Shown: one piece after another, positions 51,351 to 61,861 of the stretch
Position numbering within the stretch: position 1 is the stretch's first letter
Layout of the letters: every line of letters starts with the position of its first letter
Source of the DNA: Candidatus Binatia bacterium
GTDB lineage: Bacteria > Desulfobacterota > Binatia > UBA9968 > CAXXLF01
DNA: 64,000 bases
Reading direction: 5' to 3'
NCBI GenBank assembly: GCA_963664015.2
Contig: CAXXLF010000002.1
Location: 864,001 to 928,000, forward strand
The notes under the pieces: generated by a model
Database searches by the model: none
What the model was told of the DNA's origin: nothing
What the model saw: only the letters and a program-made list of their open reading frames with translations
Position numbers and translations under genes: made by a program

Positions 51351-51839
51351 ATGACGGGAAATAAGGGAAATATCGATAAGGCTATGAAGCTTTTCCGAGA
51401 GGCTTACGACCGCCAGATGGAAGGCGAGTTGGAGACTGCCGTTCACCTGTACCACGAGTCGATCAACTGTCACCCCACAGCAGAAGCCTATACCTATCTA
51501 GGCTGGACCTACAGCTTTCAAGGACGCTACGAGGATGCTATAGAAGAGTGTAAGAAGGCCATCGTTGCGGATCCGAGCTTCGGCAACCCGTACAACGATA
51601 TTGGTGCCTACCTAATCAACCTTGGCCAACTAGACGACGCCATCCCATGGCTCGAGAAAGCAACCCAGGCGGACCGGTACGCATGCTACCACTTTCCCCA
51701 TTGCAATCTGGGACGAGTCTTTATGGAAAAGGGAATGTTAAAGCGGGCCTTGGAAGAGTTTGGCAAGGCCCTCGTCATCGAACCCAACTATCTTTTTGCC
51801 CGTCAGGCAGTAGAAGCTATCGAGCAGCAACTCCAATAG
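51351..51839 (+). CDS. Tetratricopeptide repeat protein
   Basis: About four TPRs: AEAYTYLGWTY, PYNDIGAYL, PHCNLGRVF. Confidence 0.9.
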   Translation: MTGNKGNIDKAMKLFREAYDRQMEGELETAVHLYHESINCHPTAEAYTYLGWTYSFQGRYEDAIEECKKAIVADPSFGNPYNDIGAYLINLGQLDDAIPWLEKATQADRYACYHFPHCNLGRVFMEKGMLKRALEEFGKALVIEPNYLFARQAVEAIEQQLQ

Positions 51840-51888
51840 TCCCCACGGCTACGAAACTATCGGCTCAGGTCACCCTTGGGTCCCTGAG

Positions 51889-52476
51889 ATGAAAGGCGAT
51901 CCCCGCCATTTTGAATCCTTTGTCACCCGCCTTGGATTCCAGATAGAGGAAGATTCTCCGAATCGCGTCTCCCTGGTTTGGCGGGGTGGACGATTCCCGG
52001 GATTTATCTGTCTCGGCATGGCCGTTGCCCTGCTTGTCCTGACCATACCAATTGGGGCAGCCATTCGCAGCCAGGGATGGAGCGGCACGGCGGCGTCACT
52101 GTGGTACTTTCCTGTCATGGACCTGCTCTTGTTTGGTATCTCACTCTTCCTCATTAGTCTCCAACGCCGAATAGTCGCGGACCAACAATCCAGTCGAGTT
52201 TACCTCTCCAAGAGGAGTCTCTGGAAACGTAGAGCACTATCATTAGGTTTCAGTGAGATCGAATATCTAAAAATAGGGATGGACCTGGTCTACAGCGGCC
52301 CCGCCCTCGCAGGGTCCACGGCCGGCCAACAGTTTTTCCCCGCTCTTGCGCTTCGGCTCGTACTAAAAGATAGTGACACGGTGTTGCTGGACCGAGGCAG
52401 CAAAGATAGAATTCAGCAGTTGGCCCGCTGCCTGGAATCCCTGCTCCAAAAACCAATTGTCGAAAGCGAAAAATAA
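51889..52476 (+). CDS. Hypothetical membrane protein (2 TM plus soluble C-terminal domain)
   Basis: 195-aa ORF with two hydrophobic segments. Confidence 0.65.
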   Translation: MKGDPRHFESFVTRLGFQIEEDSPNRVSLVWRGGRFPGFICLGMAVALLVLTIPIGAAIRSQGWSGTAASLWYFPVMDLLLFGISLFLISLQRRIVADQQSSRVYLSKRSLWKRRALSLGFSEIEYLKIGMDLVYSGPALAGSTAGQQFFPALALRLVLKDSDTVLLDRGSKDRIQQLARCLESLLQKPIVESEK

Positions 52477-52590
52477 CCCTTTTCACAAATAGCCTGAATG
52501 TGTTATATCCCTTCTCAACTGTTAAAAGTTTTCGACCAATCCCTTAGCAATCTCTTTTTCTTCTAAAAATCTTCGCGGAGGCCACCCGTT

Positions 52591-53733
52591 TTGAAGGCGA
52601 AAAAACAATTCGGATTCACCTTCATAGTCGTTATCCTTGTTGGCATTCTCACCCATTCTACGGGATGGTCGTTTTCTGAAAAACGGCTGACAGCACGGGC
52701 CGCCTTTCTCATGAACGCAACCACCGGCGAGGTTCTGTTCCAGCGTCAACCGGACCGGCCTTTGCCGCCTGCCAGCACAACCAAGGTAATGACTGCACTA
52801 GTTGCCCTGGAAAAGGCCGAACTAAAAGACCGCATGGCCGCAACCGAGACCGCCTCCCAGGTAACCCGACTCAAGCTAGGCCTCCGACCGGGCCAGACCA
52901 TGAGTGTCGAAGACTTGCTTTATAGCACCCTCCTCTACTCAGCCAACGATGCCAGTATGGTTCTGGCCGAGGGAATCGGGAGCTCGGTAGGCGGGTTTGC
53001 TGAGATGATGACCCAACGGGCAAAGGAGATCGGTGCTCAGAACAGCCAGTTCAAAAATCCCCACGGGCTAACGGCCATTGGCCACTATTCATCGGCACGG
53101 GATCTGGCCTTGATTTTTAATCGGGCCATGGAAAATCAGGATTTCCGAAACATTGTCCAAACCAAGTGGAAATGGGTCAACCTCTATACAACGAAAAACA
53201 GCAATCGGGTAAAAAAGCTGCCGGTTCGGAATAAAAACCGACTGCTATGGAATTTTAAAGGGGCCGTGGGCGGCAAGACCGGCTATACACGTGCCGCCAA
53301 GCGGTGTTTCGTCGGATCTGCAACGAGAAACGGAGTCACGCTGATCGTATCGATTCTCGGCTCTCGTTCCTTATGGAGAGATGCCCGTTCCCTACTCGAA
53401 TATGGATTTAATGAGCCCTCAGAGCAGCGGGGATCTGTCCCCCCCTCCGAATCTTACGAGAAATCGGACGATCAATACATGGTCCAGATTGGATCCTTCC
53501 AGGACCAGGAACGGGCCGAATCCTTCCGGAGCAAGATCTCAAAAGGAGGCTTTGACGTCTTCGTTCAAAAAGCATTTCTTATCGATGGTCCCACTGCGTA
53601 TCGAGTCCGCGTTGGCCCCTACTCGAGATGGAATCAGGCTAATCGAGCCGCTCGGAAACTGGAGCGGAAGAGGGGGCTCAACACGGTCATATTCCTCTCA
53701 CCATCACCCTCTAGTCCATCGGATTCGCCCTAA
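52591..53733 (+). CDS. D-alanyl-D-alanine carboxypeptidase (S11) with a C-terminal SPOR domain
   Basis: ASTTK, SAN, KTG, NPHGL; SPOR: YMVQIGSF...YRVRVGPY. Confidence 0.92.
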   Translation: MKAKKQFGFTFIVVILVGILTHSTGWSFSEKRLTARAAFLMNATTGEVLFQRQPDRPLPPASTTKVMTALVALEKAELKDRMAATETASQVTRLKLGLRPGQTMSVEDLLYSTLLYSANDASMVLAEGIGSSVGGFAEMMTQRAKEIGAQNSQFKNPHGLTAIGHYSSARDLALIFNRAMENQDFRNIVQTKWKWVNLYTTKNSNRVKKLPVRNKNRLLWNFKGAVGGKTGYTRAAKRCFVGSATRNGVTLIVSILGSRSLWRDARSLLEYGFNEPSEQRGSVPPSESYEKSDDQYMVQIGSFQDQERAESFRSKISKGGFDVFVQKAFLIDGPTAYRVRVGPYSRWNQANRAARKLERKRGLNTVIFLSPSPSSPSDSP

Positions 53734-53880
53734 GCCACATTCCCCAACGATGTCTGGACGGGGGAAAAGCACCTTTTCAAGGACTGACGGTCACTTACCG
53801 CAAAACGACCTCCCAACGGGCCTAGGCCGCGGTATCCTGGAAAGGCGGATTAAATTTTTTTCTAGCCAGGTTATTTCCTC

Positions 53881-53909
53881 TTGCACTTTGGCCCAATTCT
53901 TCCTATAGA
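53881..53909 (+). promoter_or_regulatory. Possible sigma-70 promoter of the coxSMG-like operon
   Basis: TTGCAC-N17-TATAGA. Confidence 0.35.
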
Positions 53910-53977
53910 TACGGCCTGTAGGGTCAAACCTGTTTCCCCATATTTCTAACAGAACCCCCTACCGAGGAAGGGAGATC

Positions 53978-54442
53978 ATGAATAAGAAAATTCAATTGCG
54001 TGTGAATGGTAAGAAATACGACTTGGAGGTACCCACTCACCGGCTTCTGGTGGACGCCTTGCGCTATGATCTCGGCCTAACTGGAACTAAAGAAGGTTGC
54101 AGTGTCGGCGTGTGCGGCGCATGTACGGTCCTCATGGACGGAAACATGGTGAGTTCCTGCATCGCCCTAGCGGTTTTTGCTGATAAACGCGAGATCACGA
54201 CCGTCGAAGGACTGGCAAAAAACGGCAAACTTCATCCGGTACAACAGAGCTTTATCAAATACGGCGGCTTTCAATGCGGGATCTGTACTCCCGGCCAAGT
54301 GGTCGCAGCAAAGGCCCTGCTGGATAAAATTCGCAAACCCTCAGAGGATGAGGTCAAGGACTGGATGATGGGCAATCTCTGTCGTTGCACGGGTTATTAC
54401 AAGATCATCGAATCCATCCAAAAGGCTCATCAATTCAAGTAA
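53978..54442 (+). CDS. (2Fe-2S)-binding small subunit, CoxS/XdhC-like
   Basis: GTKEGCSVGVCGACTV, QCGICTPG, GNLCRCTGY. Confidence 0.95.
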   Translation: MNKKIQLRVNGKKYDLEVPTHRLLVDALRYDLGLTGTKEGCSVGVCGACTVLMDGNMVSSCIALAVFADKREITTVEGLAKNGKLHPVQQSFIKYGGFQCGICTPGQVVAAKALLDKIRKPSEDEVKDWMMGNLCRCTGYYKIIESIQKAHQFK

Positions 54443-54452
54443 GGAAGCGATC

Positions 54453-55466
54453 ATGGTACCATTCGAATACCAGACACCGAAAAGTCTCAAGGAAGTTCAT
54501 CAGGGTCTCAAAACCCACGGCACCGATGCCAAGCTCATTGCCGGCGGCACAGCTCTGATCATCATGATGCGCCAACGTTTGGTGCGTCCGGCCTGTCTGA
54601 TCAGCCTTCGCTCGCTGCCCAAAATGAATGGAATCACAGTAAAGGACAGCGGCATCCAGATCGGGGCTTTGGCGACTCACCAGGAAATCGCAACCTCCTC
54701 CCTGGTGCGCCGGCGCATCCCGCTGTTAGCAGAGACCTACAGTCAGGTGGCCACGGTCCGGGTACGCAACATGGCTACGGTGGGCGGCGGCCTCGCCCAT
54801 GCGGACCCGAACCAGGATCCACCCCCCACCCTGATTGTCTTGGGAGCCACTGCAAAAGTGAGCTCCGCTGAGGGTACGCGCACGATCCCGTTGGAATCGT
54901 TTTTCACCGACTACTATGAAACCGTCCTCAAACCGGACGAGTTTCTCACCGAGATCTTTGTGCCGGCCCTCCCCGCCGGGAGCAGCGGGGCCTATTTAAA
55001 GTTTCTCCCACGCACAGCGGACGATTATGGGACGGTATCAGCCGCGTGCGTCGTCACCCTGGACAAGGACAGGAAAACCTTCCAAGATGTACGGATCGCA
55101 TTGGGCAGCGTGGGTTCGACACCCATCCACGCCAAAGAGGCCGAGGCCCTATTACGGGGGCAACCTGTGAAGCCTGAGGCTCTCAGGGAAGCAGCGGAAA
55201 AGGTAAAACTGGCCGTCGATCCGATCAGCGATTTTCGCGGCTCCGCGTCCTATAAAAAAGAGATGGCCGTTGTCTTCGTACGGCGGGCCCTGGAAAAGGC
55301 ATTGCAGGACCTGCGTAAAAAAACCGCATCAAAACCGCGCACGACGATGAAAAAAGGCACGGCGGCAAAAAAGAAACCCAGCGCAGCAAAAAAAACGCCC
55401 ACAGTGGCAAAGAAGAAACAGACGGCAGCAAAGAAAAAATCTACCGGAGTAAAAAGGAAAAGATGA
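54453..55466 (+). CDS. FAD-binding medium subunit, CoxM-like, with a Lys/Ala-rich C-terminal tail
   Basis: IAGGTAL, VRNMATVGG.LAHADP, PISDFRGSASYK; tail AAKKKPSAAKKT... Confidence 0.93.
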   Translation: MVPFEYQTPKSLKEVHQGLKTHGTDAKLIAGGTALIIMMRQRLVRPACLISLRSLPKMNGITVKDSGIQIGALATHQEIATSSLVRRRIPLLAETYSQVATVRVRNMATVGGGLAHADPNQDPPPTLIVLGATAKVSSAEGTRTIPLESFFTDYYETVLKPDEFLTEIFVPALPAGSSGAYLKFLPRTADDYGTVSAACVVTLDKDRKTFQDVRIALGSVGSTPIHAKEAEALLRGQPVKPEALREAAEKVKLAVDPISDFRGSASYKKEMAVVFVRRALEKALQDLRKKTASKPRTTMKKGTAAKKKPSAAKKTPTVAKKKQTAAKKKSTGVKRKR

Positions 55467-55912
55467 AATTCAATCAAAAGGCAGTGGTCGCGGTCGCCCG
55501 TGAACCACTATGGAAATTTCTTATGGACATCCCCAAGGTCGCTCAGTCGCTTCCCGGGGTGGAAAAAATCGAACAACTGGACCCAGACACCTATCAAGGT
55601 ACTCTGAAGGTTCGCGTTGGACCCATATCCTTAAACCTGCAGGGGAAGATTACCGTGGAAGAGCGCGACCAGGACAACTGGCGTGCGACTTTGCGTGCCG
55701 ATGCAAATGATCGCGTGGCAGCGGGGGCCGTCCGCGGGAAAACGAGCATGACCCTTGTGGCACTCAATGCCAATGAGACCGAGCTATCGGTGGAAAGCGA
55801 CGTCAACATCCTAGGTAAGATTGGAGAGTTCGGGCAGCCGATTATCCGAAAAAAAGCAGATGCCATGCTTCAAGAATTTGTCAAAAATATCAAGACGCAA
55901 CTGGGCAGCTAA
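55463..55912 (+). CDS. CoxG / SRPBCC family protein
   Basis: LW.FLMD...VAQSLPG, LKVRVGPI, GKIGEFGQPII. Confidence 0.9.
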   Translation: MKFNQKAVVAVAREPLWKFLMDIPKVAQSLPGVEKIEQLDPDTYQGTLKVRVGPISLNLQGKITVEERDQDNWRATLRADANDRVAAGAVRGKTSMTLVALNANETELSVESDVNILGKIGEFGQPIIRKKADAMLQEFVKNIKTQLGS

Positions 55913-55964
55913 AGGTGCCGGTTTCTCCCCCCCCCCCGATCCCTATCCGCGTAATTCTTAACCA

Positions 55965-56843
55965 ATGAGCCCAGTGGGGAAATGGATCTTGGCGGCCCGC
56001 CCCAAGACCCTGTGGGCCGCTGTCGCTCCTGTGATCGTGGGGACGGCCATGGCCTACGAAACCGGAGGGCATCACTGGCCTTCTGCGTTTATTGCCCTAT
56101 TCTGCGCGGTGTTGATCCAGGTCGGAACGAATCTCGCCAACGACTATTTCGATCACCAGCAGGGAGCTGATACGGCGCAAAGACAGGGACCTCTCCGACT
56201 GACCCAATCAGGGTTAGTCACACCTCAGGCCATGAAACGGGCCACAGCCCTCGTATTTTTCATTGCCTGTATTGGAGGTCTTTATCTCATCCTGCGAGGA
56301 GGCTTGCCCGTTATCCTCATTGGCACCTTCTGCATTCTCTCGGGTATTCTCTACACGGGCGGGCCCTACCCATACGGTTATCATGGGCTAGGTGATCTTA
56401 TCTGCTTGATCTTCTTCGGACCGGTTGCCGTCGGCGGAACCTACTACGTCCAAGCCCTGGAGATTCACCCACTGGTTGTGGTTGCCGGACTGGGGCCGGG
56501 TTTGCTGACTACGGCGATCTTGACCGTGAACAACCTTCGCGATATTGATGAGGATCGTGAGACGGGAAAAAGGACTCTGGCCGTGCTCATGGGGAAACCC
56601 TTCACCCGGTGGGAATACGCCATCCTCATCGTGTTAGGCGCATCGATCCCAGTTGTCCTTTACCTACAATCCGGTCAACACCTGAGCTCCCTGATCACGC
56701 TGGCCATAATACCCATTGCCTATCCAGCCTTTAAAACCCTCGTCACGCAATCCAACGGGCCCTCACTGAACCCGGTCTTGGCTGCTACAGCAAGGCTGCT
56801 CCTACTCTACAGCGCGTTGTTTTCAGTCAGCTGGATACTCTGA
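55965..56843 (+). CDS. menA: 1,4-dihydroxy-2-naphthoate prenyltransferase
   Basis: ARPKTL, QVGTNLANDYFD, YTGGPYP, NNLRDIDED..GKRTLAV. Confidence 0.95.
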   Translation: MSPVGKWILAARPKTLWAAVAPVIVGTAMAYETGGHHWPSAFIALFCAVLIQVGTNLANDYFDHQQGADTAQRQGPLRLTQSGLVTPQAMKRATALVFFIACIGGLYLILRGGLPVILIGTFCILSGILYTGGPYPYGYHGLGDLICLIFFGPVAVGGTYYVQALEIHPLVVVAGLGPGLLTTAILTVNNLRDIDEDRETGKRTLAVLMGKPFTRWEYAILIVLGASIPVVLYLQSGQHLSSLITLAIIPIAYPAFKTLVTQSNGPSLNPVLAATARLLLLYSALFSVSWIL

Positions 56844-56913
56844 TAAAGATCTCGGCTCTAGTCCCTCAGCAAACCGCACATCTCCGGTTCAATCACGCGA
56901 CCGGCGACTCAAC

Positions 56914-57528
56914 CTAGCGCAGCGGTGAAAAGGATGCGGGAACGACGATGGCATTTTCCTGTTTGAGCATGAACTCACTGGTCTGGGGAGGCCAGTTGGG
57001 AAGCTTCATGCTCTCGGTACGAATCCGCGCCCTCTCGGCCAAATCCTTATACGGCCAGATGTGAATGAACTGATTGAGTGGACCAACAGCCGTATGCCAA
57101 CAGGCGGCCAAGGGCGAGAGCTGCACGCGTTCGGCAATGATCTTCTGCCACCTTTCGAGCACCGTAGGCATCGCCCCGGGCAGATAGGTATAGGTTCGGA
57201 TCTCGTATACGTTGCCGAGCTCTTTTTCCTCAAGGGGTGGGGAAAAGGGAGCGATCTGAAGTATCTTGTTCTCCTGGGTAAGGATAAGTTCCCGGTTGTT
57301 AGGCGGCCATTTCCCGGATTTTCTGGCTTCACCCATGATGCGTTCCCGGTCTCCAAAGTCCTTGTACGGCCAGACGTGAATCACCTGATTCAGCGCACCG
57401 ATCTCTGAATGCCAGAAGGCACCGAGGGGGGAGAATTCCGAACGGTGTGGCAGGGCCGCGGCAAAGCGTTCCTCAAAGGTTTGGATCTTATTCGGTTTCA
57501 GGGTATAGGTCCGCATTTCGACAATCAT
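56914..57528 (-). CDS. Two-domain NIPSNAP family protein
   Basis: EMRTYTLKP and YEIRTYTY; GALNQVIHVWPY-like motif twice; PASFSPLR. Confidence 0.92.
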   Translation of the reverse strand: MIVEMRTYTLKPNKIQTFEERFAAALPHRSEFSPLGAFWHSEIGALNQVIHVWPYKDFGDRERIMGEARKSGKWPPNNRELILTQENKILQIAPFSPPLEEKELGNVYEIRTYTYLPGAMPTVLERWQKIIAERVQLSPLAACWHTAVGPLNQFIHIWPYKDLAERARIRTESMKLPNWPPQTSEFMLKQENAIVVPASFSPLR

Positions 57529-57568
57529 CTCTGTCCCCCTCTTTTTCTAACGTCGGCCTTCCAATGGG

Positions 57569-59824
57569 CTAGCTCTCTGACCTCTCTTTAATCGCACGGT
57601 AGACCTGATCGGACGTGATGGGCAGCGCAAAGGACCGGCACCCAACTGCGTCCGCTACCGCGTTGGCTATGGCGGCAATCGGGCCATTATTGGACATCTC
57701 ACCAATGGCTTTGGCGCCGTAGGGTCCCGGTCCACCATTGGAATGGACCAGTTTGGTAACCAACTTCGGCACGTCGGCTATCGTCGGAACCTTGTAATCT
57801 CCCAGGTGAGTGGTCATAACTCGACCCTCTTCGATCCTCAAATCTTCCATCGTCGCCATTCCGATGCCTTGCACCAAGCCCCCCTCTATTTGCCCCTGGT
57901 GAGTCATTGGATTGATGATGGTTCCAACGTCGTGAGCGGTCACGAACCGAGTGACCCGAAACTGACCGGTCTCGGTGTCAACCTTGACCTCGGCCACTTG
58001 CGCGCTATAACAGGTAATATCCCGTCTTCCCTTCGGGTTCACGTTGGCCGTAACCTGCAATAAGCCGTCTTGCCCCCCGCGCTTGACGATATCACCCATA
58101 ATAAGAACCCGCCTTGGATCCTCCCGGGGCCAGAACTTTTCACCGCGGTGCACAATCTCCTCCAGGGGGCATTCCAAGATCTCGGCCGCATGGCTAGCCA
58201 ATTGCTCCTTCAGATCACCGGACGCTTGAAGAATTGCCGCTCCCGCAATGTTGGTTCCCCGCATCGCCCCAGTACCGCAATCCTTCGGGGCCGTATCCGT
58301 ATCCCCTACAACCACTTCAACCCGGTCCATAGGCAACTCGAACTCCTTGGCCACGATCTGGCGCAAGATCGTATGGGCACCGACTCCTTGGTCAAAGATG
58401 GGGCTGATGATCGTGATGGTCCCGTTAGCGCCTGCCACAAGCGTCGCACCGGTGGGACCGGCCCCAACATGACGATCGTAAATGGCGATGCCGCGACCCG
58501 TATTCGAGCCCCGTTTGCCACGTTTCCAACCAAAGGCGTCAAGGGCCGCCAACAGTGTGTCTCGGGCTTTGACTTCCTGCTGGCGCTCTCCCAATGCATT
58601 TTCCTCCCCGTCCTCAATAATATTCATGAGACGAAACTCGGCGGGATCCATATCCAACGCTTTTGCAATGAGATCGTTGTGAGACTCTACAGCGAAGTTG
58701 GTTTGGGGAGCCCCAGGGGCTCGGAAGAATCCGCTCGGGACTGTATTCGTATAGACCTGAATGGCCTCAAAAAAGGTGTTGTCAATTCGGTAGGGCCCCC
58801 CCGCATGGGACGCGCCGCCAATGGAAACACTGACAACTGGCTTGAATGCCCCGTAGGCCCCGCTGTTATGGATCGCCTTTAGCGTACGCGCAACCATTCG
58901 ACCGTCTTTTTTTACACCCGTACGGACGGTGATGACCGACGGATGAGTGGGGTTACCCGCGGTGAGTTCTTCGTAGTATGTCATGACGATTTTGACTGGG
59001 CGTTTTGCCTGTTGCGCTAGAAAGGCAGCAATGGGAAGGTCCATGGCGTCGCCCTTGCCACCGAAGTCCCCTCCCACATAGACCGGATTGATCCGAATGT
59101 TCGCCTCTGGAATTCCCATTGCCTTGGCCAGCTGATCACGAATACTGAATGAACTCTTGGTTGAGATCCAGACGTCCAACCGACCGTTGGCATCAATGGC
59201 CACAACCCCCGCATGGGGCTCAATATAACCGTGATGCCGACCGGGGGTGCGAAATGTATGCTCAAGGATGAGATCTGCCTCCTGAAAGCCTTTCTCCACA
59301 TCCCCTTTTTGCCAGGTCACTCGGGTCAGACCGTTGGGAACCTCAGGAATAGCAGCCGAATCGAGCATCCCGTCATAGATACGAGCATCTTCGTGGATTC
59401 TGGGAGAATCCGCTTGCATGGCGTCCAACGAGTCGGTCACGGCGGGCAACACCTCATACTCCACGTCGATATACTGGAGCGCCTCCTCCGCGGCATCTAG
59501 TGATTCGGCCGCAACAGCCGCAACGCGGTCTCCCACAAATCGCACCTTGTCCCAACACAGGACAGGCATATCCCTTAAGCGTCTCCCCATCAAATGACCG
59601 GGAACCTCCTTACCGGTGATCACAGCCCGGACCCCGTCAACCTTCCAGGCGCGAGACCCATCCACACTAACAATACGGGCATGGGGGTGGGGACTGCGTA
59701 ACACTTTTCCCCAAAGCATCCCAGGGAGCTCGATATCTGCTGCATAAAGGGCATGCCCTGTTACCTTCTCGGGGCCTTCCGCCCTCACGACAGAAGCACC
59801 GATAGGCGAGTCGTTTGTTGTCAT
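57569..59824 (-). CDS. Xanthine dehydrogenase-family molybdopterin-binding large subunit (orphan #3)
   Basis: EKVTG..LYAAD, LRSPHPHARI, YIEPH, GGDFGGK, FFRAPG, GQIEGGLVQGIG, KAIGE. Confidence 0.92.
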   Translation of the reverse strand: MTTNDSPIGASVVRAEGPEKVTGHALYAADIELPGMLWGKVLRSPHPHARIVSVDGSRAWKVDGVRAVITGKEVPGHLMGRRLRDMPVLCWDKVRFVGDRVAAVAAESLDAAEEALQYIDVEYEVLPAVTDSLDAMQADSPRIHEDARIYDGMLDSAAIPEVPNGLTRVTWQKGDVEKGFQEADLILEHTFRTPGRHHGYIEPHAGVVAIDANGRLDVWISTKSSFSIRDQLAKAMGIPEANIRINPVYVGGDFGGKGDAMDLPIAAFLAQQAKRPVKIVMTYYEELTAGNPTHPSVITVRTGVKKDGRMVARTLKAIHNSGAYGAFKPVVSVSIGGASHAGGPYRIDNTFFEAIQVYTNTVPSGFFRAPGAPQTNFAVESHNDLIAKALDMDPAEFRLMNIIEDGEENALGERQQEVKARDTLLAALDAFGWKRGKRGSNTGRGIAIYDRHVGAGPTGATLVAGANGTITIISPIFDQGVGAHTILRQIVAKEFELPMDRVEVVVGDTDTAPKDCGTGAMRGTNIAGAAILQASGDLKEQLASHAAEILECPLEEIVHRGEKFWPREDPRRVLIMGDIVKRGGQDGLLQVTANVNPKGRRDITCYSAQVAEVKVDTETGQFRVTRFVTAHDVGTIINPMTHQGQIEGGLVQGIGMATMEDLRIEEGRVMTTHLGDYKVPTIADVPKLVTKLVHSNGGPGPYGAKAIGEMSNNGPIAAIANAVADAVGCRSFALPITSDQVYRAIKERSES

Positions 59825-59965
59825 AGGGTCTCATCCTCCAGATTACGGCCTCATGGACCGAGAGACACGAATTATCCCTAAATGCAGAGAAAGATCAAGC
59901 CGAATCCGCTTGAAAACGACTTTTAAAGGACCGCCCAGGGACCCACCCCCGCGGCTACGGCGCCT

Positions 59966-60742
59966 TCAATGGGAGAGGATTTGGCTGAGAAAGGACTTTG
60001 TCCGTTCCGATTTAGGCTGATCAAAAAACTCCTGAGTGGTATTTTCCTCTATTACCTCCCCCCCATCCATAAACATCATTCGGTTAGCCATGGTACGGGC
60101 AAAGCCCATTTCATGGGTGACCACGACCATCGTCATGCCATCCTCCGCAAGGCCGACGATGACGTCTAAAACTTCCTTGATCATCTCGGGATCCAGTGCG
60201 GAGGTGGGCTCATCGAAAAGCATGATCTTGGGATTCATACATAGGCTGCGGGCGATGGCCACCCGCTGCTGCTGGCCACCGGAGAGCTGCCCTGGGTACT
60301 TGTGAGCCTGTTCCGGAATACGGACCCGCTCAAGATAATTCATCGCAATCTCTTGGGCCTCCAAGCGGGGCATCTTGCGAACCCAAGTCGGGGCAAGGCA
60401 CAGGTTTTTCATAATCGTAAGATGGGGGAAAAGATTGAACTGTTGAAAAACCATTCCCACCTCGCGACGGATTTGCTCGATATCTTTGAGATCGTTGGTG
60501 AGTTCCACACCATCCACAACGATCCGACCGCGTTGGTGCTCCTCGAGTCGGTTCATGCATCGAATCATGGTAGATTTTCCCGATCCCGACGGCCCGCAGA
60601 CGACCATTCGCTCACCGCGGTGAATCGTCAGGTTGATGTCCCGGAGCACATGGAACTCACCGTACCACTTGTGGACACCTTCCATACGAATCATGGGACG
60701 GTCTGATTCCGTCCTCGTCTCGCCGGTCCCGACTTTATCCAT
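59966..60742 (-). CDS. aapP: General L-amino acid ABC transporter ATP-binding protein
   Basis: [34 protein letters not shown]. Confidence 0.93.
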   Translation of the reverse strand: MDKVGTGETRTESDRPMIRMEGVHKWYGEFHVLRDINLTIHRGERMVVCGPSGSGKSTMIRCMNRLEEHQRGRIVVDGVELTNDLKDIEQIRREVGMVFQQFNLFPHLTIMKNLCLAPTWVRKMPRLEAQEIAMNYLERVRIPEQAHKYPGQLSGGQQQRVAIARSLCMNPKIMLFDEPTSALDPEMIKEVLDVIVGLAEDGMTMVVVTHEMGFARTMANRMMFMDGGEVIEENTTQEFFDQPKSERTKSFLSQILSH

Positions 60743-60753
60743 CGCTCCTCCCC

Positions 60754-61860
60754 TCAAACTCCCTTTCCATTTACCCGTAACCTCCCTTCGAGAACGACAC
60801 TGAAGCGTGACATGCCGAAGCAAAATACCCAAAATACAAGCCCCGCAAAAACGTAGCTTTCCTTGGTATAGCCCAACCAATTGGGATCGCTGGTCGCCGC
60901 TTGAACGATCCCCAAAAGATCGAACAGGCCGATAATCAACACCAAGGTTGTGTCTTTGAACAACCCAATAAAGGTATTGACGATCCCCGGAATAACGATA
61001 CGTAGAGCCTGCGGCAATATGATCAAACCCATCATCTTCCAATAACCCAACCCCAGGGCTTGAGCCGCCTCATACTGGCCGCGCGGAATGGCCTGAAGCC
61101 CGCCACGAACAACCTCCGCCATATAAGCGGCAGCAAAAAGAGCTACACCTACCAGTGCACGCAGCAGCTTGTCAAAATTCACTCCCTCAGGGAGAAACAT
61201 AGGCAGCATAACTGAAGCCATAAAGAGAATGGTAATCAGAGGTACCCCACGCACGAGCTCGATGAAGGCGATGCAGAGGGCTCGGATCACAGGCATCGCC
61301 GAGCGACGCCCCAACGCCAGTACGACACCCATGGGAAACGAGGCAACGATTCCTACCCCAGCAATCACTAGCGTCAACATGAGGCCACCCCAGAGGGATG
61401 TCTCGACCCGAGGTAACCCGGACACTCCCCCGTTGAGCAAGAGGGCCCCAACCATGGGATAGACCAATAGCAGGACAGCGCCGATCCATAATCTCTTCGG
61501 AAACCTTGGAAACAGGAGAGGGGCTCCCAGTCCGCAGAGGAGCAGGAATGTGACATTGACACGCCACCGCTCGGCTTCAGGATAAAAGCCGTAGATGAAC
61601 TGGGCTAGGCGAACTTTAATGAAGACCCAGCATGCCCCGTCGCCTGTACAGTCCTGCCGCGTCTCACCACTCCAACTGGCATCGATGAAGGCCCAACGGA
61701 GGATCGGCGGGAATACCCAAAGGATCATTCCCACGGCCAAGAGGGTCCACAGGATCTGGAGGGGCGAGGACAGAAGATTGCGGCGGACCCAATCCACCGG
61801 CCCCAGGGATCTCAGAGGACCCAATCCTTCGCCAGTTGTCATACCTCTCTCTGTCCCCAT
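60754..61860 (-). CDS. aapM: General L-amino acid ABC transporter permease
   Basis: [43 protein letters not shown]. Confidence 0.92.
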   Translation of the reverse strand: MGTERGMTTGEGLGPLRSLGPVDWVRRNLLSSPLQILWTLLAVGMILWVFPPILRWAFIDASWSGETRQDCTGDGACWVFIKVRLAQFIYGFYPEAERWRVNVTFLLLCGLGAPLLFPRFPKRLWIGAVLLLVYPMVGALLLNGGVSGLPRVETSLWGGLMLTLVIAGVGIVASFPMGVVLALGRRSAMPVIRALCIAFIELVRGVPLITILFMASVMLPMFLPEGVNFDKLLRALVGVALFAAAYMAEVVRGGLQAIPRGQYEAAQALGLGYWKMMGLIILPQALRIVIPGIVNTFIGLFKDTTLVLIIGLFDLLGIVQAATSDPNWLGYTKESYVFAGLVFWVFCFGMSRFSVVLEGRLRVNGKGV

Positions 61861-61861
61861 T

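Noticed and set aside
53734-53977. Moco riboswitch upstream of the coxS-like gene
   Set aside because: I could not identify the conserved Moco-motif elements by eye.
53978-59824. Aerobic CO dehydrogenase
   Set aside because: No large subunit has AYxCSFR (form I) or AYRGAGR (form II); all have RAPG.
60743-61042. N-terminal extension of the AapP ORF
   Set aside because: It overlaps aapM; an RBS and ATG at 60742 give a normal-length protein.
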